The notes below the pieces were generated by a model that was given only the letters and a program-made list of their open reading frames with translations, did not search any database and was not told where the DNA came from. The position numbers and the translations under genes are program-made. A DNA stretch of 62,176 nucleotides, the filler included, from Nitrospinae bacterium RIFCSPLOWO2_12_FULL_45_22 (lineage in GTDB: Bacteria; 2-12-FULL-45-22): NCBI GenBank assembly GCA_001803565.1. It is 4 parts of 4 records of this genome, joined end to end, with 100 filler letters (N's around TTAATTAATTAA, not from the genome) between each part and the next. Parts side by side here need not be neighbours in the genome. Positions count along the whole stretch, not along the records: positions 1 to 23,563 come from MHDQ01000300.1; 3 more parts are not named here. One strand, 5' to 3'. Shown in pieces: positions 1-10,202 of the stretch (position 1 is its first letter; every line of letters begins with the position of its first letter).

Positions 1-16
1 AAGGGATCATAAATGG

Positions 17-44
17 TTGACAAAAAGTGGGAATCTGTTATATT
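17..44 (+). promoter_or_regulatory. Putative sigma70 promoter for tRNA-Gly
   Basis: TTGACA (17-22), 16-nt spacer with extended TG, TATATT (39-44), ~20 nt upstream of the tRNA. Confidence 0.55.
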
Positions 45-64
45 TTTTTCAATGTAACTCTTGA

Positions 65-140
65 GCGGGCATAGCTCAGCTGGTAGAGTACGAGCTTCCC
101 AAGCTTGGGGTCACGGGTTCGATCCCCGTTGCCCGCTCCA
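65..140 (+). tRNA. tRNA-Gly(CCC)
   Basis: GCGGGCA/TGCCCGC acceptor stem, D-arm AGCTCAGCTGGTAGAG, anticodon arm CGAGC-TTCCCAA-GCTTG, T-loop GGTTCGATCCC, encoded CCA; 76 nt. Confidence 0.95.
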
Positions 141-213
141 AAACTACTAATTAAAGGAGGGCATTTCGCCTTTTTTCCTTTTTGGGCCAAGCTGAAGAAG
201 GGCAGGATTTTTT

Positions 214-495
214 ATGCGCCTCCCGAAAGAGATGGTTGATTATCTTGCCAAGGCACTGGCAGAGCGACTGACTAAGGAAGGATTTATTGCCATCAAAGGG
301 CCTCAAGACGAAGTAGAAGGTAGGATTAAGCATGTAATTATGGAAGATTTATTAGTGGAAGACCGGCTGAATGAAGAGGTAAAAGAGCTCCTCAGAGAAT
401 ATGCCAGCGAGATTGATAAAAGAGAAGTGGATTATTCACGGATGTTTAACTTGATAAAGAGTAAACTGGTTAAGGAACGGGGCCTTATCCTATAG
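214..495 (+). CDS. DUF507 family protein
   Basis: 93 aa, MRL..., EDRLNEEV..LL, and terminal K.KL.KERGLIL pattern typical of DUF507. Confidence 0.8.
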   Translation: MRLPKEMVDYLAKALAERLTKEGFIAIKGPQDEVEGRIKHVIMEDLLVEDRLNEEVKELLREYASEIDKREVDYSRMFNLIKSKLVKERGLIL

Positions 496-676
496 GCCTC
501 GATAGTATAGTAGTTTTTCCCAAAAGAGGTGGTTTTTCCCTTTCCTTAAAGATATCTTCTTAGAAAGTAAGAATCTTCCATTAATTCTTCCGCCGACTGT
601 TGTTAATAACTTCGCCTGCTAGTATTTGATCTTTCAGATAATCCTAAATCTATAGAGCGCTAAAAATAAAGACGAG

Positions 677-2752
677 GTGAGAGGATTGCTCAGGAATAAT
701 GAGATAATTTCCCTGGTTCAAGAATTTCAGGATAAACAGGGTTTTAAAGAACTTCATTGGGAAGGCTCCTTTGAAGATTATCTAGAGATAATAAAAAAGA
801 AGCCTCGCCTAGCCCGCTCAGCTTTTCAAAGGGTCTATGATATGATCCTTTCTTATGGGACAGAAGTATATACAGTAAACAAGGAGCAGATAATTAAGTA
901 TCGCTTTTTTGATGACCCTATATCTGGTTGTCAGGATGCTGTATATGGGCTGGAAAGGCCCATTATGAAGATGGTAAACTTCTTCAAAGCTGCTGCCCAG
1001 CGCTATGGCGCTGAGAGACGGGTCTTATTACTGCACGGTCCGGTTGGCAGCGCCAAAAGCACTATAGTACGCCTATTAAAAAAGGGGCTGGAACGATACT
1101 CGCTGACCGATGAAGGTGCTATCTATTCCTTCCGCTGGAGGCATGGAGAGAAGTCTGATATGGTAACTTATGCTGAATGCCCCATGCGCGAAGAACCCCT
1201 TCATCTAATACCTACCGCATGGCGTGGAAAGCTCCTGGATGGGCTAAATGAAGGGTTTTCTGAGGAGCAGAAAATATATATAGAAGGAGAACCGTGCCCT
1301 TTTTGCCGCCATACTTATCGGGAATTGCTAAAGAAACATAAAGGTGACTGGGTAGAACTGGTCTCTAATGAAGTAAGGGTATATCGCTTTGTCCTATCAG
1401 AGAAAGACCGGATCGGTATTGGTACGTTTCAACCCAAGGATGAAAAGAACCAGGACTCTACCGAACTGACCGGCGATATAAACTACCGCAAGATTGCCGA
1501 GTATGGGTCTGATTCTGATCCCCGGGCCTTTAATTTTGATGGAGAATTTAATATTGCTAACCGAGGATTAGTGGAGTTTATTGAGATACTGAAGCTGGAC
1601 GTAGCCTTCTTATATGACTTGCTAGGAGCTACCCAGGAGCATAAGATTAAGCCCAAGAAGTTTGCCCAGACCGATATTGACGAGGTCATTATCGGCCACA
1701 CCAACGAGCCGGAATACCGCCGTCTCCAGAGCAACGAGTATATGGAGGCATTACGGGACCGGACTATAAAGATTGATTTCCCTTATGTGACCAAACTCTC
1801 TGATGAGATAAAGATCTATGGGAGGGATTTCAATCCCACAAAGATCAGAGGCCGCCATATTGCCCCTCATACTATTGAGATGGCCTCTATGTGGGCAGTG
1901 GCAACCCGCTTAGAGCTTCCTAAAGACAGCAAGATTACCATCCTGCAGAAACTAAGGCTATATGATGGCAAGAGTCTCTCCGGCTATACTGAGGATAATA
2001 TACGGGATATGCAGAAAGAGGCCGTCAGGGAGGGGATGGATGGGATCTCTCCTAGATATATCCAGGATAAGATATCCAATGCCCTGGTATCCATGGAACA
2101 TGACAAATGTATCAACCCCTTCATGGTATTGAATGAGCTGGGGAACGGTCTGCAACACCACTCTTTAATCACTGCTGAGGAAAAGCGAAAACACTACCGG
2201 GAGCTATTGGCGGTAGTAATGGCAGAATATGAGGATATCACCAAAACGGAGGTTCAGAAGGCTATATCGGCCGATGAAGAATCACTGAAGAAACTCTGCA
2301 CTAACTATCTTGAGAATGTTAAAGCCTATACCCAGAGGACGAAGGTAAAAAATAAATATACCGGGCAGGATGAACCGCCGGATGAAAGGCTCATGCGGGC
2401 TATAGAAGAAAAGATTGATATCCCCGAGACCCGCAAAGACGACTTCCGCCGTGAGGTAATGAACTATATCGGCGCCCTGGCCCTGAATGGTAAGACCTTT
2501 AGTTATAATACTAATGAGCGATTACAAAAGGCCTTTGAGCTGAAGCTATTTGAAGACCAGAAGGATACCATCAAACTGACTACCCTGGTCACCGGGGTAG
2601 TGGATAAGGATACCCAGGAGAAGATTGATGTAGTGAAGGCACGGTTGATAAGGGATTACGCCTATTGCGAAGTCTGCGCTACCGATGTGTTGAATTATGT
2701 AGCATCTATTTTTGCCCGCGGAGATATAAAAGGCGTTTGGACCAAGAAATAA
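677..2752 (+). CDS. prkA: PrkA/YeaG family AAA+ serine protein kinase
   Basis: [13 protein letters not shown] Walker [53 protein letters not shown] motifs. Confidence 0.9.
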   Translation: MRGLLRNNEIISLVQEFQDKQGFKELHWEGSFEDYLEIIKKKPRLARSAFQRVYDMILSYGTEVYTVNKEQIIKYRFFDDPISGCQDAVYGLERPIMKMVNFFKAAAQRYGAERRVLLLHGPVGSAKSTIVRLLKKGLERYSLTDEGAIYSFRWRHGEKSDMVTYAECPMREEPLHLIPTAWRGKLLDGLNEGFSEEQKIYIEGEPCPFCRHTYRELLKKHKGDWVELVSNEVRVYRFVLSEKDRIGIGTFQPKDEKNQDSTELTGDINYRKIAEYGSDSDPRAFNFDGEFNIANRGLVEFIEILKLDVAFLYDLLGATQEHKIKPKKFAQTDIDEVIIGHTNEPEYRRLQSNEYMEALRDRTIKIDFPYVTKLSDEIKIYGRDFNPTKIRGRHIAPHTIEMASMWAVATRLELPKDSKITILQKLRLYDGKSLSGYTEDNIRDMQKEAVREGMDGISPRYIQDKISNALVSMEHDKCINPFMVLNELGNGLQHHSLITAEEKRKHYRELLAVVMAEYEDITKTEVQKAISADEESLKKLCTNYLENVKAYTQRTKVKNKYTGQDEPPDERLMRAIEEKIDIPETRKDDFRREVMNYIGALALNGKTFSYNTNERLQKAFELKLFEDQKDTIKLTTLVTGVVDKDTQEKIDVVKARLIRDYAYCEVCATDVLNYVASIFARGDIKGVWTKK

Positions 2753-2831
2753 AATGCAAAGCTTAAAGCGAAGAGCGCAAGACTAAAGGATTATTCATCA
2801 GCTTTACACTTTGCACTTTTAGCTTCCTACT

Positions 2832-3413
2832 TCAGTCTATGATAAGGTCTAGGTTTTGCCAGAAGGAGCGAAAGTAATCTATTCCTGAGGCCACCGATAG
2901 AAAGAGGGATAGATAGAGGATACCTTGACCTAAACCGATAAAAACGGGCGGATAATATAGAATCAGGAGGATCAAAGCCACTACCTGGCAAAGCATCTTA
3001 TACTTTCCCCAGTTGCTAGCCGCTATAATTACTCCCTTTGCCGCGGCAATACCTCGCAGGCCCGTCACAGCAAACTCGCGTCCAATAAGGATTACTGCAA
3101 TCCAGGGTGATACCCTTCCCAGGGCTACCAATGGTATTAGGGTGGCAGTAATAAGGAGTTTGTCAGCAATAGGGTCCAGCAGTTTCCCTAAGGTAGTTAT
3201 CTGGTGATTAGCCCTGGCCAGGTGCCCATCCAGCCAATCGGTAAAAGCCGCTGCCGCGAAGATCAAGGCCGCTATGAAGGAGCCACTGGTTGATGGTGAT
3301 ATTAAAAAGACCAGCATGACAGGTACCAGGAATATCCTGCACAAGGTTATCCTATTAGGGAGGTTAAGCTGGATAAAGAGGTCAAATTTTTTGGTTAAAT
3401 TATTGGCGAACAT
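2832..3413 (-). CDS. pgsA: CDP-diacylglycerol--glycerol-3-phosphate 3-phosphatidyltransferase (start uncertain)
   Basis: NLPNRITLCR, TDWLDGHLAR, GKLLDPIADKLL, REFAVTGLR, GKYKM motifs. Confidence 0.9.
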   Translation of the reverse strand: MFANNLTKKFDLFIQLNLPNRITLCRIFLVPVMLVFLISPSTSGSFIAALIFAAAAFTDWLDGHLARANHQITTLGKLLDPIADKLLITATLIPLVALGRVSPWIAVILIGREFAVTGLRGIAAAKGVIIAASNWGKYKMLCQVVALILLILYYPPVFIGLGQGILYLSLFLSVASGIDYFRSFWQNLDLIID

Positions 3414-4200
3414 TGGTAAATAAGACCACACCGTTGGGAGAGACATAGCGAAATATCTTATTGGCTTTCTTTGTTCTATTGTGATTGGCCACCTGACCAC
3501 TGTGGAGAGTACGAGGATTTTGGTAATAATAGAATACTCTATTGATATAATCTATGGTTTCAGGAAAGGGTGGCACCCCATTATATCGCTCTACCTGACC
3601 TTTGCCAGCATTATAAGCCGCTAAAACCCGCTCCAGATTATAATCATACTTGCTTAGAAGGTAGTCTAAATGCTGCACTCCCCCCTGGATATTTTCCCAG
3701 AGATTAAAAGGGTTCTCTACTCCGTATTGTTTGGCGGTTTCAGGCATTAATTGCATCAGGCCCATAGCTCCTTTAGGCGAAATAGCCTGGGGATTAAAAT
3801 TAGATTCCGTTTTTATCACCGCTTTTACCAGGTTAGAATTTACGCCATATCTTCTGGCTGCTAGCTCTACTGCTTTTGTGATCTCATCTTTCTCTTTCAC
3901 GGAAGCCTTTCGCCTTCGGCCCTTATAGCCTTCGGGAACCTCTTCCCATGCCTGATATCCCTCGGTCCCAGGAACATTGCTGAGATGGATAATTCCGCTA
4001 GAACTCACATATTTAAACATCTTAGCTACAGCCAGGCTATTGAGGCAGAGAATGGATACTAATGGGAGCAAAAAAATAAGCGCCAGGCTACTTAAGTTTA
4101 GCCAGATATTCTTCTGCCTCTTTCCGCAAGGCACTTCTAGGATATTGGCCGATAAAATCCTTAAATACCTTGACTGCTTTATCAAAGCTCTCTTCTTCAT
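3400..4200 (-). CDS. Lytic transglycosylase (SLT domain) with DUF4124-like segments; true start likely downstream of 4200
   Basis: AVIKTESNFNPQAISPKGAMGLMQLMPETA, LAAYNAG, VPPFPETIDY. Confidence 0.85.
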   Translation of the reverse strand: MKKRALIKQSRYLRILSANILEVPCGKRQKNIWLNLSSLALIFLLPLVSILCLNSLAVAKMFKYVSSSGIIHLSNVPGTEGYQAWEEVPEGYKGRRRKASVKEKDEITKAVELAARRYGVNSNLVKAVIKTESNFNPQAISPKGAMGLMQLMPETAKQYGVENPFNLWENIQGGVQHLDYLLSKYDYNLERVLAAYNAGKGQVERYNGVPPFPETIDYINRVFYYYQNPRTLHSGQVANHNRTKKANKIFRYVSPNGVVLFTNVRQ

Positions 4201-4837
4201 AGTAAGATTTACCTTTATAAAACAGGGCTTTATCCCGAAAACTTATATGAGGATAGTATGTTAGTATGGTATCAAATCTTTGAATAGCTGAAATATAAGC
4301 CCCTTTCTTAAAATAATATAACCCCACAGTAAGCTCATGGGCGGCAAGTTTATTCTTACAGAACAGGGTCTTGCTCAGGGCTTCCTGGGTATAACGACTG
4401 CGGGGATAGCTCAGTAGCAACCTCTCAAAGTCTGCTATTGCCTCCTGAGTATAGCCCTGATCCCGATCATCTGGCCGTAGCCGGGTAAAATTACTCATAC
4501 CTGCTTTGAACAAAACCGCATCGGCCTCAGGGTCGGTAGGATAAAGCTCAACATATTTTAAATAATGAAAGTGTGCAAGATCATACTCGGCATTCTTATA
4601 CTCCGATTCTGCCAGGTTAATGAGGGCTTTTTTCCTGAGGTCACTATCCGGGTATTCATTCAGTAGTTTTTGGAAGGCTTCCTGGGCCTCTTTATAATCT
4701 CCCCGCTCATAGACCTTAGTGCCAAAGATATAATAATCCTGCGCCGTCTCTTTTATATCTTTTTTGGAGATGGAACAACCTGTCTCTATAGTCATGACTA
4801 AGAGCAAAAAAGATATAAAAAATACCCTATATCTCAT
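4088..4837 (-). CDS. bamD: Outer membrane protein assembly factor BamD (lipoprotein, TPR)
   Basis: Lipobox TGC, TPR helices, DRDQ..T..AI..F..L...YP.S.Y, LAAHELTVGLYY. Confidence 0.85.
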   Translation of the reverse strand: MRYRVFFISFLLLVMTIETGCSISKKDIKETAQDYYIFGTKVYERGDYKEAQEAFQKLLNEYPDSDLRKKALINLAESEYKNAEYDLAHFHYLKYVELYPTDPEADAVLFKAGMSNFTRLRPDDRDQGYTQEAIADFERLLLSYPRSRYTQEALSKTLFCKNKLAAHELTVGLYYFKKGAYISAIQRFDTILTYYPHISFRDKALFYKGKSYYEEESFDKAVKVFKDFIGQYPRSALRKEAEEYLAKLK

Positions 4838-4968
4838 ACTACTCCCCCCTTTACTCTTTGTAGCTATTTAGCCGCCAAGGACGCTAAATCCCACGAAGAA
4901 GTAAAGCTAAAGTAACCATTTAACCAAATAAAGTCTTATAAATATTCTAATTTTGGCCTAAACGGTTA

Positions 4969-5358
4969 CTAATCTTTTTGTAATACCGCCGGGCTTTCTA
5001 GCTTTACTAAGAATTCTATGCTCTCTACCTCATCGGCAGAAAGTTCTAATTCAGCTTTTTTTAGATCCAGAAAGAACCTCTCTTCTTTGTCTATAATCCT
5101 ATCATTAATAATAAAGGTAGAATAAAACTGCTGGTACTCCAGTTGGCGGGTTTTATAGTCTTTATAAATCCGAATCCTCTTTTCTGTCTCCCCTTTGCCT
5201 GGTATCTTAGCTTTTCCTTTTTCTTTGCCTTTATGCTTATGCTCCCCTGGGGTAGGTATGGGTATATCACCCCACGGTGGTGTTTGAGCCAAGCTGCGAG
5301 GGAGTTCCAGCCAGCTAAGAATAAAGATAATTAATATGAGAAATACTATCTTTTTCAT
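4969..5358 (-). CDS. Hypothetical secreted protein
   Basis: 129-aa ORF with N-terminal signal peptide; no family recognised. Confidence 0.55.
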   Translation of the reverse strand: MKKIVFLILIIFILSWLELPRSLAQTPPWGDIPIPTPGEHKHKGKEKGKAKIPGKGETEKRIRIYKDYKTRQLEYQQFYSTFIINDRIIDKEERFFLDLKKAELELSADEVESIEFLVKLESPAVLQKD

Positions 5359-5510
5359 GGCACTTTAGTATAATCTTTTCGCCAAAAAACATCAAGCCCC
5401 ATTAATAATGAATAATAAGTGTGGCCAGCCATCGGATAGAAATTGTTCTGGACAATTTACCGCTGATCAGATAACATGAGCTATCGCTCACTATGCTTTT
5501 GGAGGTATTA

Positions 5511-6890
5511 ATGCGGGTCTTGCTGCTCAATCCCCCAAATCATTCTTCTTTGACCGCCCGGGTAGGGTGGCAGTTCCCACCATTGGGCTTGCTTTATATT
5601 GCGGCTGTGCTGCGGCAGGCGGGTTTTGAACCAAAAATTATTGACCTCTCTATTCATGATGGCGCTGAGGCCATAGACTTTTCTCCTTATGGAGCCGTTG
5701 GTATATCCTCTGATACTCCCAGGTTTAACCTGGCCTTAGGGTTAGCCAGGCAGGCCCATGCGGCTGGGAAAATGGTCTTTATGGGTGGATTACATCCTAC
5801 CTTTGAGGATACCGAGGCCCTGGAGTCAGGTTGTGTCCACTATGTAGTCAGGGGAGAGGGTGAACTAACGGCCCTAGAACTTCTGGAGTACTTCCGCAAG
5901 AAAAGATATACCTTAAGGCCAGAAGATATCCTGGGGCTATCCTGGAAAGATGAGAAAGGAGAATTGAGACGAAGCCCTGATCGCCCTTTTATTGAAGCCC
6001 TGGATACCCTCCCATTACCAGCCAGGGACTTGATCCCTCTCGGCGCTTACCCAAAGAAGATGGGGAGGAGAAAGGTAACTTCTATCATCTCCAGCCGGGG
6101 CTGCCCTAACCAATGCTCTTTCTGTTCTTGCAATGTCATGGCTGGTGTCCGGTGGCGCACGCGTTCCGTAGAGGCTATCCTGGAAGAGATAGCCCTACTG
6201 GATAGGGATTATGGGATAAAGGCTGTAGGTTTTGCCGATGACAACTTCACCCTGGATGCATCCCGGGTCTGGACTTTTACGGAGCAGATATTAAAGCGGC
6301 AGATGGATGTCCATTGGTTTTGTTCTGCTACCCCAGAGAAATTAGCCCGGAATGAAGAGCTGGTGAAGCAAATGGCCCGGGCAGGTTGTAAATATATGTA
6401 TTTAGGGCTAGAAAGCGGTACTGAACACCAATTGAAAGGTTATCATAAGAAGACCACCGTAGAGGCCGGGGCGCAGGCCATAAAACTCCTTAAAAAATAC
6501 CATATCAAGGCCATCGCTAGCTTTGTCATTGGTGGTATTGAGGAAACCTATGATGATATAATGAAGACCCTAAAATATGCCCTTCGCCTCAACCCACCCA
6601 CAGTCCAGTTTTGCCTCTTGACCCCTTACCCCGGTACAAAAATATATAAAGAGTATCAAGATCGGATTGTGAGTAAAGACTGGCACAAATATGATATCAT
6701 GCACGCTGTATTACGGACCACGCATTTCTCGCCCGAGGAATTGCAAAATATCTTGAAAAGAATGTATATCCGGTTTTATTTCAGGCCAAGACGTATCCCT
6801 ACTTTATTAAAAAACCTTATCCGGGGAACCTTGATCCCCAGAGGGACCAATAAGGTTAAGGTCACAATTACATCGGCTGAGCCGCTATAG
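5511..6890 (+). CDS. Cobalamin-binding radical SAM protein (class B methyltransferase-like)
   Basis: PPLGLLYIAA, GGLHPT, VVRGEGE, SRGCPNQCSFC (CxxxCxxC), GLESG, LTPYPGT; GGAGG SD before ATG 5511. Confidence 0.9.
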   Translation: MRVLLLNPPNHSSLTARVGWQFPPLGLLYIAAVLRQAGFEPKIIDLSIHDGAEAIDFSPYGAVGISSDTPRFNLALGLARQAHAAGKMVFMGGLHPTFEDTEALESGCVHYVVRGEGELTALELLEYFRKKRYTLRPEDILGLSWKDEKGELRRSPDRPFIEALDTLPLPARDLIPLGAYPKKMGRRKVTSIISSRGCPNQCSFCSCNVMAGVRWRTRSVEAILEEIALLDRDYGIKAVGFADDNFTLDASRVWTFTEQILKRQMDVHWFCSATPEKLARNEELVKQMARAGCKYMYLGLESGTEHQLKGYHKKTTVEAGAQAIKLLKKYHIKAIASFVIGGIEETYDDIMKTLKYALRLNPPTVQFCLLTPYPGTKIYKEYQDRIVSKDWHKYDIMHAVLRTTHFSPEELQNILKRMYIRFYFRPRRIPTLLKNLIRGTLIPRGTNKVKVTITSAEPL

Positions 6891-7002
6891 TAAACGACAA
6901 AACAAAATTGTCATTTCGACCGTAGGGAGAAATCTTCAAGATTCCTCGCTTCGCTCGGAATGACAGCTTACAAATGTGAACTTATTTAATACGTTCACTA
7001 TA
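6885..7002. repeat. MITE/REP-like palindromic element
   Basis: Outer IR CTATAGTAAACG / CGTTCACTATAG; inner TGTCATTTCGA...TCGGAATGACA hairpin. Confidence 0.6.
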
Positions 7003-7039
7003 GATTAGCAGCAAAAAGCGAAGAGGAGGGCAGGCGGTC

Positions 7040-8736
7040 ATGTTTACTAAGGAATTATTAACCGAATGTCAGAAATTAGAAGAAGCGTGGCAGGCAGAGT
7101 GCCAGCGGCTTTATAGTGAGAAGGGATACCTGGGCGCTACGGGCGCTGGCATCCCGGTGAAAGCCGTTTATACCCCGGCAGATATCCAAAACCTGGACTA
7201 TAAAGATATCAGTATGCCCGGCCTTTTCCCTTACACCCGCGGCATCCACCCATTAATGTATCAATATGCCCAATGGGCTACCCAACAAGGCTTAGGCTAT
7301 GGCTTGCCAGAAAATACCCGTGCCCGATACGACCTGCTAAGAAAAGAGGGTATGGAGGGCTATATCCCCCAGTATTTCATTGTCAATGATGCCGTGGTGC
7401 AGCATGGATATGACCCAGACCACCCGGCTGGTAAAGGCCAAGTCGGTAGATGCGGCACATCCTGGTCTAATATTAAGGATTATGAAATCCTTTTCCATGA
7501 CTTACCCCTGGATAAAACTGGCGTAGTTTTAGGTACCTTTGATACCTCGGCTCCTGCCCTGGCTATGTATATTGTCTGCGCAGAAAAGATGGGCTACCCT
7601 ACCCAAAAACTTCGGGGTCATACTATCAATTGTGCCTATCGGCAGACCGCTATGGATTTGCCCTCTTTCGTCCCGGAAAATGCCTTTAAGGTAGTAGCAG
7701 AAGTGATAAAATATTNNNNNNNAAATATTGTTCCAGGAATATCCCCCGCTGGGCACCTATCTCTTTCCAGGGGTTTATTTACCACACAGCGGGTGCTGAT
7801 GCGGTGCGGGAGGTGGCATTCGCCTTGGCCCCAGCTATTGCTGTGACAGAGACTTGTATGGAACTGGGCCTACACCCGGATGAGTTTGTGTCCCGCTATG
7901 GCTTTCATTTTGCTGCGGATGACGATTTTTTTGAATCTATAGCCAAGATTCGGGCCTTCAGACGGATATGGGCAAAGATAGCTAAGGAGAGGTTTGGTTG
8001 TAAGAGCCCTAAATCCCTCCAGCCTATCCTACAGATAGAGACCTCTACTACCTCACTGACAGCCCAGCAGCCCATGAACAATATTATCCGGGCTGCGTTG
8101 CAGACCCTGGCAGCGGTACTCTCGAGCCCAAATTCTATCTGGACAACCCATTATGATGAAGCCCTCTCTATTCCAACAGAAGAATCAGCGGTCCTGTGTG
8201 TCCGGACGCAACAGATCATTTATCATGAGACCAAAGTAGCTAATGTAGTAGACCCACTGGGCGGCTCATACTATGTAGAATGGCTCACGCATAAACTGGA
8301 AGAAGAAATCACTAAACTCTTGAGTAAGATTGATGAAATGGGTTTTTTCCAGTGCTGGCGTACCGGATGGTTCAGGAAAGAGACAGAAAAATCTGCTTAT
8401 GAGTGGCGAAAGGGATTAGAAAAAGGAGATAATATAAAAGTAGGGCTTAATAAGTACGTTACTGAAGGGGAGGCTAAAGTGCCTATATTCCGGGTTGATC
8501 CGCAGGTAGAAGAGATAGCTATTGAGCGGGTAAAGAGATTTCGGGCTGAGCGCAATAGTGACGTTACTCAAGCCAGCTTAAGAGAGCTAAAAGGGGTTGC
8601 CCGGCAAGTTAATCAGGACTGGCCCCAGGGGGGAGACTTAATGCCGGCTGTGCTGAATGCCGTGCGGGCGGAGGCTACCTTACAAGAGATAATGGATGTG
8701 CTCAAAGGAGAATTTGGCTGGGGCTTTGTCTACTGA
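7040..8736 (+). CDS. Acyl-CoA mutase large (substrate-binding) subunit, methylmalonyl-CoA mutase family, divergent; one gene split by an assembly gap
   Basis: PGLFPYTRG, FFESIAKIRAFRRIWA, LTAQQPMNNIIR, YDEALSIPT, RTQQII, DPLGGSYYVE; the 7-N gap at 7716-7722 is flanked by duplicated AAATATT, and collapsing it restores the frame (IKYCSRNIPRWAPISF). Confidence 0.85.
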
Positions 8737-8741
8737 TTCAA

Positions 8742-8799
8742 AAAGCGATCAGCGAAATTGTTGTTGCTGAAAGCTGACGGCTGATTGCTGAACGCTTAC
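8742..8799. repeat. Short degenerate copy of the GTAAGCGTTCAG heptamer-repeat element
   Basis: GCTGAAA-GCTGACG-GCTGATT-GCTGAAC-GCTTAC, same family as 20468-20616 and 23197-23342. Confidence 0.6.
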
Positions 8800-8818
8800 A
8801 TTTTGGGGGAGTAAAAAA

Positions 8819-9214
8819 ATGGCTACCGGAAAAAAGATCAGGGTACTATTAACAAAATCGGCTATGGATGCCCATGATCGGGGTGTAAGGACCGTCGCGA
8901 GGACCCTACGGGATGCGGGTATGGAGGTCATATTTACTCGCTTTGAATTGCCAGAAGATATTGTTAAGCCTGCCCAGGAAGAAGATGTAGATATAATTGG
9001 AATAAGCTCTTCTAATAGTGCCCATAACTACTTTGCCTCTGAGGTCAGGGAACTATTAAGGCAAAGAGATATGGGCCATATCCAGGTAATTTTAGGGGGA
9101 ATAATACCAGAAGAGGACATCCCGGCACTGAAGGGGTTAGGTATCAAGGGGGTCTTCGGCCCCGGTACGCCTACCAGCCAGATCGTAGATTTTATCCGCT
9201 CGCAATTCACCTGA
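8819..9214 (+). CDS. Acyl-CoA mutase small, cobalamin-binding subunit
   Basis: DAHDRG (DxHxxG), LRDAGMEVI, QEEDVDIIGISS, GGIIP, FGPGT. Confidence 0.9.
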   Translation: MATGKKIRVLLTKSAMDAHDRGVRTVARTLRDAGMEVIFTRFELPEDIVKPAQEEDVDIIGISSSNSAHNYFASEVRELLRQRDMGHIQVILGGIIPEEDIPALKGLGIKGVFGPGTPTSQIVDFIRSQFT

Positions 9215-9215
9215 T

Positions 9216-9314
9216 GTTATTACGTTATTGGGTTATTAGGTTATTATAGATGACCCATAACTCCCTCGCCTAATCACCCAATAACGTAATAACCTAATAA
9301 CGTAATAACCCAAT
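9216..9314. repeat. Palindromic 8-mer tandem repeat between convergent genes
   Basis: GTTATT(AC/GG/AG) units on the left, complementary AATAAC units on the right. Confidence 0.6.
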
Positions 9315-10084
9315 CAGGGTTGCCAGCCACCGCTAACGACAATATTAGCCCCGGTAATATTGCTGGCCTTATCGGAACACAGAAAAGATACGAGAGCAGA
9401 AATATCTTGAGGAGTGCCTAAGGCAGAAGCCGGTATCCTTTTTATCCATTCTGCCCTGTCTGGTTCAGAAAGATCGTCCTTATCAATTATCCCCGGAGAG
9501 ATCACATTAACCGTGATACCATTTTGGGCCTCGGCCTGGGCCAGGGATTTAGACAGGATAAGGACCCCCGTTTTAGCAATGGCATAAGGGACTATCCGAT
9601 GCCGTGCCTTGAGGTAGTGCGCACCACTAAAGGCGATATTTATTATCCTGCCCCAGTGTAGCTGGCGCATGTATTTTAAAGCGGAATGACAGCAATAAAA
9701 GCAGCTATGGAGATTGGTAGCCAGGATATATTGCCAATCTTCAACAGAAACTTGCGCTAACTCGGCATCCAGGAAAGGGCCAACATTATTGACCAGGATA
9801 TCTATCCGGCCAAAGGTCTCTCCAGCATCTTTTATTAACCTGGCCGCTCCTTCGGCTGTGGAGACATCGGCCTGGAGGGCAATGGCCTGACCGCCTTGCT
9901 GGTCAATATCTGCCACTACCGATAATGCTGCCTCTTTGCTAGTCAGATAATTTATAACCAGGCTGGCCCCTTCCTCAGCAAGCTCCCAGGCGATGGCACG
10001 ACCTATTCCCCGGGCACTGCCGGTCACCAGAGCCACTTTACCCTTTAGAAACATAACAAAAATCCCGTATAACAGCTTGCTCAA
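9314..10084 (-). CDS. Short-chain dehydrogenase/reductase (FabG-like)
   Basis: TGSARGIG, ILVNNVG, YAIAK (YxxxK), VNVISPG. Confidence 0.9.
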   Translation of the reverse strand: MSKLLYGIFVMFLKGKVALVTGSARGIGRAIAWELAEEGASLVINYLTSKEAALSVVADIDQQGGQAIALQADVSTAEGAARLIKDAGETFGRIDILVNNVGPFLDAELAQVSVEDWQYILATNLHSCFYCCHSALKYMRQLHWGRIINIAFSGAHYLKARHRIVPYAIAKTGVLILSKSLAQAEAQNGITVNVISPGIIDKDDLSEPDRAEWIKRIPASALGTPQDISALVSFLCSDKASNITGANIVVSGGWQP

Positions 10085-10105
10085 ATAATTTATCCCAGAA
10101 ATTTT

Positions 10106-10174
10106 TGTAGTGGTCGAGCTTGCTCGACATCTCTGCCGTCAACTGAGCTAGGCAGAGCAAGCTCTGCCACTACA
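10106..10174. repeat. GTAG-type REP doublet
   Basis: TGTAGTGGTCGAGCTTGCTCGAC ... GGCAGAGCAAGCTCTGCCACTACA inverted pair; related fragment at ~49727. Confidence 0.55.
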
Positions 10175-10202
10175 GGAGAAAAAAGACGGCCCCCATTTTT
10201 CC

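Noticed and set aside
65-140. tRNA-Gly as an integration site of an island
   Set aside because: No duplicated tRNA 3' end or adjacent integrase seen on this contig
7716-7722. Apparent split or frameshift of the mutase large subunit
   Set aside because: N gap with duplicated flanks; collapsing it gives one continuous ORF
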